This document shows, piece after piece, positions 46,574 to 55,719 of a stretch of 64,000 nucleotides of DNA (position 1 is the stretch's first letter; the number at the start of each line of letters is the position of its first letter). Source of the stretch: Syntrophales bacterium (GTDB taxonomy: Bacteria > Desulfobacterota > Syntrophia > Syntrophales > UBA6109); the NCBI GenBank assembly GCA_035366835.1, contig DAOSIS010000002.1:113208-177207 (forward strand), read 5' to 3'. Both the position numbers and the translations under genes were made by a program. A model generated the notes under the pieces. The model was not told where the DNA came from. It was given only the letters and a program-made list of their open reading frames with translations, and ran no database searches.

Positions 46574-47461
46574 ATGGAAGAGCGACGTTTCGGCCCGATC
46601 CGTTTCCTTCCCGGCGACCGCCGGGGGAGGTACCCGAATTGCCATTCCCTGTTCATCGAGGGAGCGGGAATCCTCATCGACCCCGGTTCGCACAGGGACC
46701 GCCTCGGCCGACTGGCGTCATCGGGTGACGTCCGCGAAGTTTGGCTTTCCCACTGGCACGAGGACCACTTCATGCACCTGGATCTCTTCGAGGGGCTCCC
46801 CCTGCGGATTTCCGGGAAGGACGCCTCCCCCCTCGCCGACCTGGAGACCTTCCTCGACTGGTACGGCTTGGAAGACGCCGCCTACCGCAATTACTGGAGG
46901 GACGAGTTGCGCGGGCGGTTCCATTATCGAAGCCGGAAACCGGCCGGATACCTGCGCGAAGGCGGGACACCGGCGGGCGGTTCCGCTGCAATAGAGATCC
47001 TCGAAACGCCCGGCCACACGCCGGGACACCTGGCGCTGCATTTCCCCGCCGAAGGCGTTCTCTTCCTCGGAGACTACGATCTGTCCGCCTTCGGCCCATG
47101 GTACGGCGACCGGTACTCCAGCATCGAAGACACGCTGGCGTCTCTTTCCCGTCTGAAGCGGGTTCCGGCCAGGGTGCTCGTCACCGGCCACGAGAAGGGA
47201 ATCTTCGAAGCCCCCTTTCCGGAGGATCTGTGGCAGAAGTACGAAGACGTCATCCGGATCCGCGAGGAAAGACTGATCGAGGCCCTCAAAGTCCCCCGCT
47301 CGCTGGAGGAGATCGCCGAATGCTGGATCGTCTATGGCAGGCCCCGCGAGCCGAAGGAATTCTTCGTCTTCGGTGAAAAGGCGATCATGGGAAAGCACGT
47401 GGAGCGTCTCGTGCGGACGGCGGCCGTTGCGAAGACCGGCAACCACTACGTCCTTGCCTGA
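46574..47461 (+). CDS. MBL-fold metallo-hydrolase
   Basis: 295 aa. SHWHEDH and TPGHTPGH motifs. GGAGG Shine-Dalgarno site. Confidence 0.8.
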   Translation: MEERRFGPIRFLPGDRRGRYPNCHSLFIEGAGILIDPGSHRDRLGRLASSGDVREVWLSHWHEDHFMHLDLFEGLPLRISGKDASPLADLETFLDWYGLEDAAYRNYWRDELRGRFHYRSRKPAGYLREGGTPAGGSAAIEILETPGHTPGHLALHFPAEGVLFLGDYDLSAFGPWYGDRYSSIEDTLASLSRLKRVPARVLVTGHEKGIFEAPFPEDLWQKYEDVIRIREERLIEALKVPRSLEEIAECWIVYGRPREPKEFFVFGEKAIMGKHVERLVRTAAVAKTGNHYVLA

Positions 47462-48504
47462 CCTTTCCCCGGCGCACCGAAGCCCACGGCGGCGGCATGC
47501 TCGAACTGCTTCTTCCAGGGAACGCCCGGATGGGCGTTTTCGAATGGTTCGGGCCCGACGATCGACAGGGATTCCCGGTCCACGGCGACCGGATCGCCGC
47601 CTCCCACGAATCCGGCGTCCCTCGCAATGGTGGGATTCCTGCCGGGCATGCAATCACATTCCTTGGTGATCTTGATGAGGGCGTTGATGGCGATGCTGCG
47701 GGCGCCGATGACCCTCCAGACCGCCGCCGCCGTTTCCACCAGCTTTTCCTGGAATACGCCGGGATCGGAATCCCAGAAGATCTTGAGCGCCGCCTCGGCG
47801 CACAATGCGATGCACTGACTGCAGCCGATGCAGCGCTGGAGGTCGTAAGCCGGAAACGCCCCCTTGCCTATGCTCGCGGCGCCGGCCGGGCACACCTTCA
47901 CGCACAGTCCGCAGCGGGTGCATTTCTTCCTGTTCAGGACGGGATGGGCGTCCGAATGCATGCGCTGTTTCTGGGCTCGGGATGCGAACCCCATGGAAAG
48001 GTTCTTGATCGCGCCGCCGAAGGAAGAGAGCATGTGCCCCTTGAAGTGGGAAAAGATCACGAAGCCACCGGTCTTTCCGACCACGTCGGCCACCTGGACG
48101 GTCGCAAAGTGTTTCATCCTCGCCGGAATGGAATGGACAGCCCGCCCGTCCAGGCCGTCCGCCACAATCACGGGACAGCCGAGGGTTTCTTCGCTGAAGC
48201 CGTTGCGTCGCGCCGTCTCCAATGACTCTGCCCCGTCGCGCCTGCCTCCGGAATAGAGCACCGACGTGTCAAAAACAAAGGGCCGGACCTGAAGGCCCTG
48301 AAGCCACAGCACGATCTCCTTCGTATAAGGAGCGGGAAGAAAACCGCGGTTCCCTTTTTCGCCCCAATGGACCTTGATCCCCACCTCCATCCCCGGACGG
48401 AAAGGATGCGGAATTTCTTTCAGCAGGCTTCTCAATGCGGTCAGATTCCCCGCCTCCTCCGCCTCTTCTCCTTCCGTCCTGCAGACGAGCAGCCCCTTCT
48501 TCAT
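47446..48504 (-). CDS. DUF362 domain protein with 2x[4Fe-4S] ferredoxin insert
   Basis: 352 aa. CTRCGLCVKVCP and CIGCSQCIALC clusters within a DUF362-like frame. Its 3' end overlaps the convergent MBL gene by 16 nt. Confidence 0.8.
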   Translation of the reverse strand: MKKGLLVCRTEGEEAEEAGNLTALRSLLKEIPHPFRPGMEVGIKVHWGEKGNRGFLPAPYTKEIVLWLQGLQVRPFVFDTSVLYSGGRRDGAESLETARRNGFSEETLGCPVIVADGLDGRAVHSIPARMKHFATVQVADVVGKTGGFVIFSHFKGHMLSSFGGAIKNLSMGFASRAQKQRMHSDAHPVLNRKKCTRCGLCVKVCPAGAASIGKGAFPAYDLQRCIGCSQCIALCAEAALKIFWDSDPGVFQEKLVETAAAVWRVIGARSIAINALIKITKECDCMPGRNPTIARDAGFVGGGDPVAVDRESLSIVGPEPFENAHPGVPWKKQFEHAAAVGFGAPGKGQART

Positions 48505-48705
48505 GAGATATCCTCCAATCTTCTCTGGATGGGATTCTCAGGGTCTATAGACGATCGAATGGCAAAGATCAAGGAATGAGCCGGAGGCAGGGAGCCCGAA
48601 AGAACCGAACTTGACAACGGAAGGGCCTCTCAGTAAGTTACGTCAGGCCTGCGCAGCGTCCCTTTCGGCGCGGCGCGCCTGCGAATACAAGGAGCAAAGC
48701 CGCTC

Positions 48706-49140
48706 ATGGAGAGCGCACGACCGATGGAATATCGATTTCTCCTGTCCCCCGCTCCCCGGGAGATCGCGCAGATTGTCAGCCTCTACAAGGAAAACGGCTG
48801 GTGGGATGCCGGTGACGAGCAGCCGGGCATCGTCCGCGGTATCGTCGGACGCAGCCACTGTTTTCTCGCCGTCTTTCTGGACGGAAACCTGATCGGTATG
48901 GGAAGGGCCATCAGCGACGGGACCAGCGATGCCTACATTCAGGACGTGACCGTCCGAGCCTCTTTCAGGGGCAGGGGGATCGGCAGCGGGATCGTCCGCA
49001 GAATCGTCGATCGCCTCCATGCGGACGGTCTTTTCTGGATCGGTCTCATCGCCGAGGGGGACTCTCGCCCGTTCTACGAACGCCTCGGTTTTTCCCCGAT
49101 GGAGCATGCCGCGCCCATGCTGCTGAAAGGCAAGCCATGA
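48706..49140 (+). CDS. GNAT family N-acetyltransferase
   Basis: 144 aa. Acetyl-CoA motif VRASFRGRGIGSGIV. Confidence 0.8.
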   Translation: MESARPMEYRFLLSPAPREIAQIVSLYKENGWWDAGDEQPGIVRGIVGRSHCFLAVFLDGNLIGMGRAISDGTSDAYIQDVTVRASFRGRGIGSGIVRRIVDRLHADGLFWIGLIAEGDSRPFYERLGFSPMEHAAPMLLKGKP

Positions 49141-50048
49141 CGTTCAAGGCACTTAAGACAACGGATTTTCCGCTGCTGAAGCCCTATTTCGCCGACCAGC
49201 CCTTCTCCTTGAGCATCTATTCCCTGGCTTCGCTCATCGCCTGGAGCGACTGCGCCTCCCGGACTTCCTACGTCGTCGAAGACGGCGTACTCCTGATCGA
49301 CAACGAACCGCTGGACAAACCGGAGGACCGCCACCTGATCGTTCCTTTCGGGCCCGCCGGCCCGCTGGAACCGGCTGAACTGTCCAGGATCGCGGAACGG
49401 CACGGATATCGAAGCTACTGGTTCGTCCCGGAGGAGTACCTGTCCCTTTACGGCAGGGCCGGGATCGAGGCACGATTTCTCGTCGAGGAGCAGCGGGAAT
49501 TCGAGGACTACATCTATCTTACGACGGACCTCGCGGAGCTCCGCGGGAATCGCTACGCCAAGAAACGGAACCTGATCCATCAGTTTACGAGGGAATATCT
49601 CGACCGGGACCGTGTCCGGGTCGAGGCCATGGGACCGGAGTCGCAGGCGGAATGCCTCGCCTTCCTCGAGCAGTGGTGCATCGAGCGTGAATGCGATCTG
49701 CCTTCGAACTGGCCGCTCGCCTGCGAGAAGAAAGCAGCCGAGGCGACCATCAGGTCCCTGCGCGAGCTCGAGGCCGAGGGGCTGTTGGTGCGAATCGACG
49801 GGGAGGTGACGGCGTTCGGCATCCGGACGCGGCTCAACGGCCAGATCGGCATCCTCAATTTCGAGAAGGCCTTCGCCAGAATCAAGGGGCTCTACCAGTT
49901 TCTCGACAGGGAATGCGCCAGGCGGCTGTTCCAGGGGTACCGTTACATCAGCAAGGAAAGCGATATGAACATCCCGGAACTGGCGCAGTCGAAGATGTCC
50001 TACCATCCCGTCCATCGCGTCAAGTCCTATCGCCTCACGTTGCGTTGA
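49137..50048 (+). CDS. DUF2156 protein (homologous to the C-terminal aminoacyl-transferase domain of MprF / lysyl-phosphatidylglycerol synthase)
   Basis: 303 aa. The family call rests on overall resemblance (RGNRYAKKRNLIHQF..., ILNFEKA...GLYQFL). The ATG overlaps the GNAT stop as ATGA. Confidence 0.72.
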   Translation: MTFKALKTTDFPLLKPYFADQPFSLSIYSLASLIAWSDCASRTSYVVEDGVLLIDNEPLDKPEDRHLIVPFGPAGPLEPAELSRIAERHGYRSYWFVPEEYLSLYGRAGIEARFLVEEQREFEDYIYLTTDLAELRGNRYAKKRNLIHQFTREYLDRDRVRVEAMGPESQAECLAFLEQWCIERECDLPSNWPLACEKKAAEATIRSLRELEAEGLLVRIDGEVTAFGIRTRLNGQIGILNFEKAFARIKGLYQFLDRECARRLFQGYRYISKESDMNIPELAQSKMSYHPVHRVKSYRLTLR

Positions 50049-50099
50049 CCCCTGCAGCCGAAGCCTCCCCCCGTCGGCCTTCCGGGAATGCCGCGATCC

Positions 50100-50801
50100 C
50101 TATTCGATCGACATCAGCGACCGCCAGCGATCCTCTTCCGACGCAACGGGCAGGTTTCTCCGGCGCAGGAGATCCACGATCGGCTTTGCATTGAAGCGGA
50201 AGTAGGGGTTGATGCGGAATTCATCCGCGAGAGTCGAAAAGACGTGCCGGGGATCGTACGTTGCGGCAAAGGAATCGAGGTCCCGGTTCCCGGGTTCCAG
50301 CTTTCGTGCAAAGGCGATGGAATCCTTCACGTAGTCATGGCCCGCGTACACGACCGTCTCCGGCGTCAGGGCCATCAAGGCTTTCACGGTGCGGTGGAAG
50401 GCCGCCTGATCCCCGCTGAAGCAGTTCCCGATCGTCCCGTTGAAGAGCGTGTCGCCGCTGATCAGATAGATTCCCGCCAGAAAACAGATCGAATCCTTCG
50501 TGTGGCCGGGCGTCCGCATGACGGTGACCGATTCATCCCCCAGGGAGATTCGGTGCCCCTCCCTCGGGACGTCAGGTGCAAGGTATTCTGCGCCTGTCTC
50601 CCGGAGAAGAGCCGCATTCCCCGACGTGTGGTCCGCGTGACTGTGGGTATTCCCGACGAGAGAGATCCGCAGTCCCCTCTCCCCCGTGAAGCGCAGGATC
50701 TCCGCCACGGCGCCGCCGTCGATGACCAAGGCCTGCCTTTGCCCGTGTATGACGTATCCGAAATTGTCCGCTCCGTAGCGAAACTGCCGAACGCTCGCCA
50801 T
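50100..50801 (-). CDS. Hydroxyacylglutathione-hydrolase-like MBL-fold hydrolase
   Basis: Start set at MASVRQFRYGADNFGYVI (ATG 50801; a GTG alternative exists at 50816). THSHADH motif and a GloB-like C-terminus. Confidence 0.8.
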   Translation of the reverse strand: MASVRQFRYGADNFGYVIHGQRQALVIDGGAVAEILRFTGERGLRISLVGNTHSHADHTSGNAALLRETGAEYLAPDVPREGHRISLGDESVTVMRTPGHTKDSICFLAGIYLISGDTLFNGTIGNCFSGDQAAFHRTVKALMALTPETVVYAGHDYVKDSIAFARKLEPGNRDLDSFAATYDPRHVFSTLADEFRINPYFRFNAKPIVDLLRRRNLPVASEEDRWRSLMSIE

Positions 50802-50828
50802 CCCACGCCCCCGCACGATTTTTTCGCT

Positions 50829-50857
50829 TCTATGTCAGGCACCGGGACGGTTGTCAA
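50829..50857 (-). promoter_or_regulatory. Sigma70-type promoter candidate: TTGACA-17 nt-CATAGA
   Basis: On the minus strand, TTGACA is at 50857-50852 and CATAGA at 50834-50829, about 28 nt upstream of the ATG at 50801. Confidence 0.35.
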
Positions 50858-50874
50858 GGGTGCATCCCTCCGCA

Positions 50875-50906
50875 GGAAAAGGGCGGAAGGGTTCGCTTCC
50901 GCCCTT
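50875..50906 (-). terminator. Probable intrinsic terminator after the chemoreceptor gene
   Basis: The arms AAGGGCGGAAG / CTTCCGCCCTT pair perfectly around a 6-nt loop. On the minus strand the stem runs into UUUU and then CC, so the U-tract is short. Confidence 0.45.
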
Positions 50907-50924
50907 CACCAATTGGCATGGTCG

Positions 50925-52042
50925 TCAGAAGTCCTGGAACTCCCCTTCCTTCATCGGGATGAGGTTCCTGTCGACCTTCGGTTTCTTGGCCGCCTTCATT
51001 GCCGCGACAATAGATTTCTTGACCGCTCCTGCATGTCCCCCCATGACCTTCGAGACACACCCCGCACCGTTGCCGTTGAACGCACCCCCGACAACCTCGA
51101 CGAGCCCCCTGACGACTTCCTTCATCTGCCCGGCCTGGGCGTTCATCTCCTCTGCAGCGCTTGCGGACTCCTCGGCGTTGGCCGCCGTCGCCTGGGTCAC
51201 CTTGTCCATCTCGGAAACGGCTATGTTGATCTGCTGGATCCCCTGCGCCTGCTCCTGGGATGCGGCTGCTATTTCATCTATGATATTACCGACTTTTACC
51301 GATATTTCGACATTTCCCTTGAAAGCCTCGTGGGTGATCTTGGTCAACTCGTTGCCGTTCTTGACGCTCTTGAGCGTGTTCTCGATCAGGACGCTCGTGT
51401 TCTTGGCCGCCTCTGCAGCCCGTATGGCCAGGTTCCGCACCTCGTCGGCGACGACAGCGAATCCCGCACCCGCTTCACCGACACGCGCCGCTTCGACCGC
51501 CGCATTGAGCGCGAGAAGGTTCGTCTGGAAGGCGATTTCGTCGATGGTCTTGATGATCTTCCCCGTATCCTCGCTCGTCTTCGTGACATCCGCCATGGCC
51601 TGGGCCATCTGATTCATGTGCGCGTCGACCTTCTCCACGATCTGCTTCGTTTCCGCCATCAGGCTCTTCGCCTGTGTCGCATGGTCTGCATTCTGCCGGG
51701 TCATCGACGTCATCTCCTCCAGCGAAGACGAGGTTTCCTCGAGCGACGAGGCGGATTCCGACGCGCCCTCCGCCAGCGATTGGCTTGCCTGGGCCACCTG
51801 TCCCGATGCCGACGACACCTGGCCGGAGGCCTCGTTCAACTGGCTCACCGCCAGATGGATCGGTCTTGTGATGCTGCGCGCAAAGAAGAACACGGCCAGG
51901 ACCGTGACGGCCAGGAAGGCGGCGCCGATGATCAGGATGAAATTCCGTATCGCGCGGAGAAGATTCCCACGACGAGAAGCGGTATCAGAACGACAGCTAC
52001 CCCTCCCCATACCAGCTTCATGCCCAACGTCATCTTTTTCAT
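50925..52042 (-). pseudogene. Methyl-accepting chemotaxis protein, frameshifted between TM1 and TM2 and lacking a ligand-binding domain
   Basis: ATG 52042 (behind AAAGGGGG) encodes MKKMTLGMKLVWGGVAVVLIPLLVVGIFSARYGISS* (stop 51934-51932). TM2 plus the signalling domain (IRNFILIIGAAFLAVTVLAVFFFARSITRPI...EIAFQTNLLALNAAVEAARVGEAGAGFAVVADEVRNLA) continue in a different frame down to 50925. Confidence 0.7.
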
Positions 52043-52296
52043 TTCTTTTCCCCCTTTCCCTGTCTTGTTCAGTGACCGCCCCTGCAGTCGAAGTGATTTG
52101 TACCCCGATAGTCAACTTGCATGCCAAATACGTCTGCATGTCATGAAGCGAGCGATATTCGCTGGTTGCGCAGATCGACGGGTCAGGAGAGGTCTCGGAG
52201 AAGGCGCTCGGGAGGAGGAAAATCGTCCGGTATTCCGGAATCCGTCCTGAAGAGCGGACACCGTGACAGGATGGAAGAACCAAGACGAAAGGCAGA

Positions 52297-53687
52297 CTAT
52301 CCGTTGACGACGGTGATGTCGTGCTTCTTGAGCAGATCGTACAGATGGGACCGCGACAGCCCGGAAATGCGGCAGGCTTCCTTCACGCTCGACCCACAGG
52401 AATCCATGAGGCGGCGAAGATAGTCCCACTCCGATGCCCTGCGAAATTCCTGAAACGCGGCGAGGGGAGACGCGGCGGATGGAGGGACGTCAGCGCCGGA
52501 GACGCGCTCCTTCTCCAGATCCGTCTTGGCGAGCTTCACGCGGATCTCGGGGGGAAGGTGCTTCGGGTAGAATGTGGGCTCGCGGTATGCGACGGCAAAG
52601 GCCCTCTCGATCGTGTGGAAGAACTGCCGCACGTTGCCCGGCCAATCATAGGAGGCGATCACTTCGAGAAATTCGGGAGAGAAACCCTTCAAGGCGATGT
52701 CGTGACGCCGGCAGAGCATGGCGACATGGTGCATCATCAGATCCCACAAATCCTCGCGCCGTTCGCGCAGCGGCGGCGTCTTGATGGTGATGGTGCGAAG
52801 CCGGAAGAGGAGATCTTCCCTGAACTCGCCCACCCGAACCATGTCCTCGAGGTTGCGGTTTGTCGCCGCAATCAGGCGGAAGTCGCTTTCATCTCCCGGC
52901 CGCCGACGGGACGGAAGGTGCGCCCTTCGATCACGCGCAGGAAGGTCTTCTGCACGGCCGGAGGAAGTTCGCCGATTTCATCCAGGAAAAGTGTTCCCTT
53001 ATCCGCCTGCTCGACCAGTCCGGTCATCTGCCTGTCGGCGCCGGTGAAGGATCCCTTTTCGTGTCCGAACAGAATGCTTTCCACCAGCGTCGCCGGCAGG
53101 GCCGCGCAGTCGACGACCACGAATTTCCCCTTGGCGCGGCTGCTGTTTTCGTGAATCGACGTCGCAAAAAGGTCCTTCCCTGTCCCCGTCTCCCCGGTGA
53201 TGAGGACATTCGCATCGCACAGCGACGCTTGGGCCAGCAATTCGAAGCAGGCCGACATCTTCACGCTGTGCCCCAGAATGCCGCCGCACCGGAACACGTG
53301 CGGCGTGCTTCGTTCCCGCTTCGTCTCGCGGTAGTCCAGTGCCCGTTGAATGCACAGCGTGATCTTCTTGATGGAAGACGTCTTCTCCAGGTAATCCCAC
53401 ACGCCGTTCCGGATGGCCAGTTCAGCGCCATCCGGCTCTCCGAAACCCGTGATGATGATGACTTCGGGCGACGATGCCGAGGCCTGAATCTTCGGGATGG
53501 CCGTGAGCCCGTTCCCGTCCGGCAGGCGCACGTCCAGGAGAACAACATCGAAGGGTTTCGCCGCGGCCAATGCCAGCCCCGTGCGCAGGTCAGGGGCCGG
53601 CTGGACTCGGTGCCCCATCTCCGCAACCCGGTCGCAGATCATCCTGGAGTAACTTGCATCGTCGTCGATCACCAGGATATCGGCCAC
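52297..53687 (-). pseudogene. Sigma54-dependent response regulator split by a 1-nt frameshift inside the AAA+ domain
   Basis: ORF 52872-53687 ends ...RTFRPVGGREMKATSA*. Shifting frame at about 52884-52886 restores ...[36 protein letters not shown]..., the conserved NtrC-family sequence, which continues into ORF 52297-52842 with the HTH. Confidence 0.8.
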
Positions 53688-53732
53688 CCATTCCTCCCTT
53701 TTTCAAGAAAGCTGTTAGCTGTTCTGCAGCGG

Positions 53733-55403
53733 CTAGAGCGCTTCCGGTTCTTCCAGAAGCGGAAGGATCACGCGCACCGTCGTTCCCCTGCCGACCTCGC
53801 TCTCCACGGTGACCTTGCCGCCGTGATTCTTCACGGTTCCGTAAACGACGGGCAGGCCCATTCCCGTGCCCTGGCCGGGGTTCTTCGTCGTAAAGAAAGG
53901 ATCGAAAATGTGCTCCATGTCCTTCGCCTCGATCCCGGTGCCCGTGTCCTTTACGGCGACTTCGAGGTAACGCCCCGGCGGAAGGGTGGAAAGTCCGGCG
54001 GCCCCTTCCTGATTGCCGGCGTTCCTGCAGCGAAGGGCGATTTCCAGAAGCCCACCGCGTTCCTTCATGGCGCAGACCGCATTGTCGCAAAGGTTCATGA
54101 AGGCCCTGTGAATCTGGGCGGGGTCTCCCCTGACGATATCCCGTTCCGCCGAATTCTTCATGCGGGCACGGATGTTTTCCGGAAGGGTCGTCTCCAGCAC
54201 GCGCAGGGCGTCTCCGGCGACCAGGGAAACGCGGAACGGGCGAAACTCCCGTTTCGTCTCGCGGCTGAAGACGAGAAGCTTGCAGACAAGATCCTTTGCC
54301 CTCTCCGCCGCGCCGTTCATGGTGCGGAGGTAGGAGTAGATCCTGTCTTCCTTCTTGAGGTAAGCCATGCTCATGTCGATGTAGCCGGAGATGGCACCCA
54401 GGATATTGTTGAAATCGTGGGCAATTCCCCCCGCCAGCGTCGCAACCGCCTCCATCTGCCGCGACCGCTGCAATTGCCGACGGAGAAGCTCCCTCTCCTC
54501 CTCCGCCTTCGTCAGGTCCGTGATATCGCGGATCGATTCGATCGCCCCGGCAATCCCGTCGCTTCCGTCAAAGAGGGCCCGCGCCTTCCCCCACAGGTAT
54601 TTCGACGCCCCCCGCATCATCGGAGCGGTCGTTTCCGCAATGACGATGTCCCCATTCCGCTGCACGAAGAAATACCGCTGTTCAATCTCCCCGCCTCCCT
54701 GAAGGGCCAGATCGATGAGGATGGGACGGCGTTCTCCATAGAAGGGAACGGCATATTCGAAATTCCCTTTGCCGATCATTTCGCCCGCGGCTTTCCCGGT
54801 CAAGACCTCGATGGCCCGGTTCCAGGCGATGATGCGGCCCTCGCGGTCGATCGCGAAAGTCGCATCGGGCAGGAAATCGACGATGTCCGCAAGACGTTTT
54901 TCCGATTCGCGGACCTTTTCCTCGGCCCGTCTCCGCTCCGTGACGTCACGGACGTTCATGACAAAGCCATTGACCGACGGCTGATCCAGGAGGTTCCTTC
55001 CCACGCCTTCGAGAAGGCGTTCGGAGCCGTCCTTGTGCCGGACGCGGAAGGCATTGGGGATTATTTCGCTCGAGACAACCGCCTTCGCGTAGTCGTCAAA
55101 GGCCCTCGCCAAGTCGACGGGCAGGATGAAATCGAAGCCGCTCATGCCGATGATTTCCGACGGTTTGTAGCCCAGGAAGCGCTCGAGGGACGGGCTTGCG
55201 TAGATGATCATCCCGTTCCTGTCGGTGACAAGAATGATGTCCGAAGAATTCAGGGAGATCTCGCGAAAGAACTCTTTGCCCTTCTGCAGGCATTCGATCT
55301 GCTCCCTGCATGTGGATTCCGACTTCTTCAGCGCGGCGATCTCCTGCCTGAGGAGATCCAATTCCGCACGGAGGTCCTCATCCAGCCGTTCTTCACTGCT
55401 CAT
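53733..55403 (-). CDS. Cytoplasmic PAS-PAS sensor histidine kinase
   Basis: Start at MSSEERLDEDL (ATG 55403). Coiled coil, two PAS domains, H-box GIAHDFNNIL, and G-boxes DTGTGI and GTGMGL. Confidence 0.88.
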   Translation of the reverse strand: MSSEERLDEDLRAELDLLRQEIAALKKSESTCREQIECLQKGKEFFREISLNSSDIILVTDRNGMIIYASPSLERFLGYKPSEIIGMSGFDFILPVDLARAFDDYAKAVVSSEIIPNAFRVRHKDGSERLLEGVGRNLLDQPSVNGFVMNVRDVTERRRAEEKVRESEKRLADIVDFLPDATFAIDREGRIIAWNRAIEVLTGKAAGEMIGKGNFEYAVPFYGERRPILIDLALQGGGEIEQRYFFVQRNGDIVIAETTAPMMRGASKYLWGKARALFDGSDGIAGAIESIRDITDLTKAEEERELLRRQLQRSRQMEAVATLAGGIAHDFNNILGAISGYIDMSMAYLKKEDRIYSYLRTMNGAAERAKDLVCKLLVFSRETKREFRPFRVSLVAGDALRVLETTLPENIRARMKNSAERDIVRGDPAQIHRAFMNLCDNAVCAMKERGGLLEIALRCRNAGNQEGAAGLSTLPPGRYLEVAVKDTGTGIEAKDMEHIFDPFFTTKNPGQGTGMGLPVVYGTVKNHGGKVTVESEVGRGTTVRVILPLLEEPEAL

Positions 55404-55719
55404 ACAACGCTCCGCGGAATTTCCGCATGCGGGGCATGATCTTCCCCTTTCTGGCCCCTGATACCATTTCTTCAATTGCCGGTCCATAGGCTATTCGCCG
55501 CCGTTCCCGTCCGCGCACCATCCTCAGTCCGGTCAGAGGTCGGGGAAGAAAACAGCGCATCGGGCTTGGAAAGAGACGGCAGACAGACCGGAGATGGGGA
55601 TGTCCCCGCCTTTGTGCAGGGGGACGACAGCGTTATTGCCGACAGGAGCCTGCCGACGAGGATTTTTCGGTGAGAGCGGCCCACGGCTGACAGCCGCCCG
55701 CAGATTGTCCCGGCACGGA

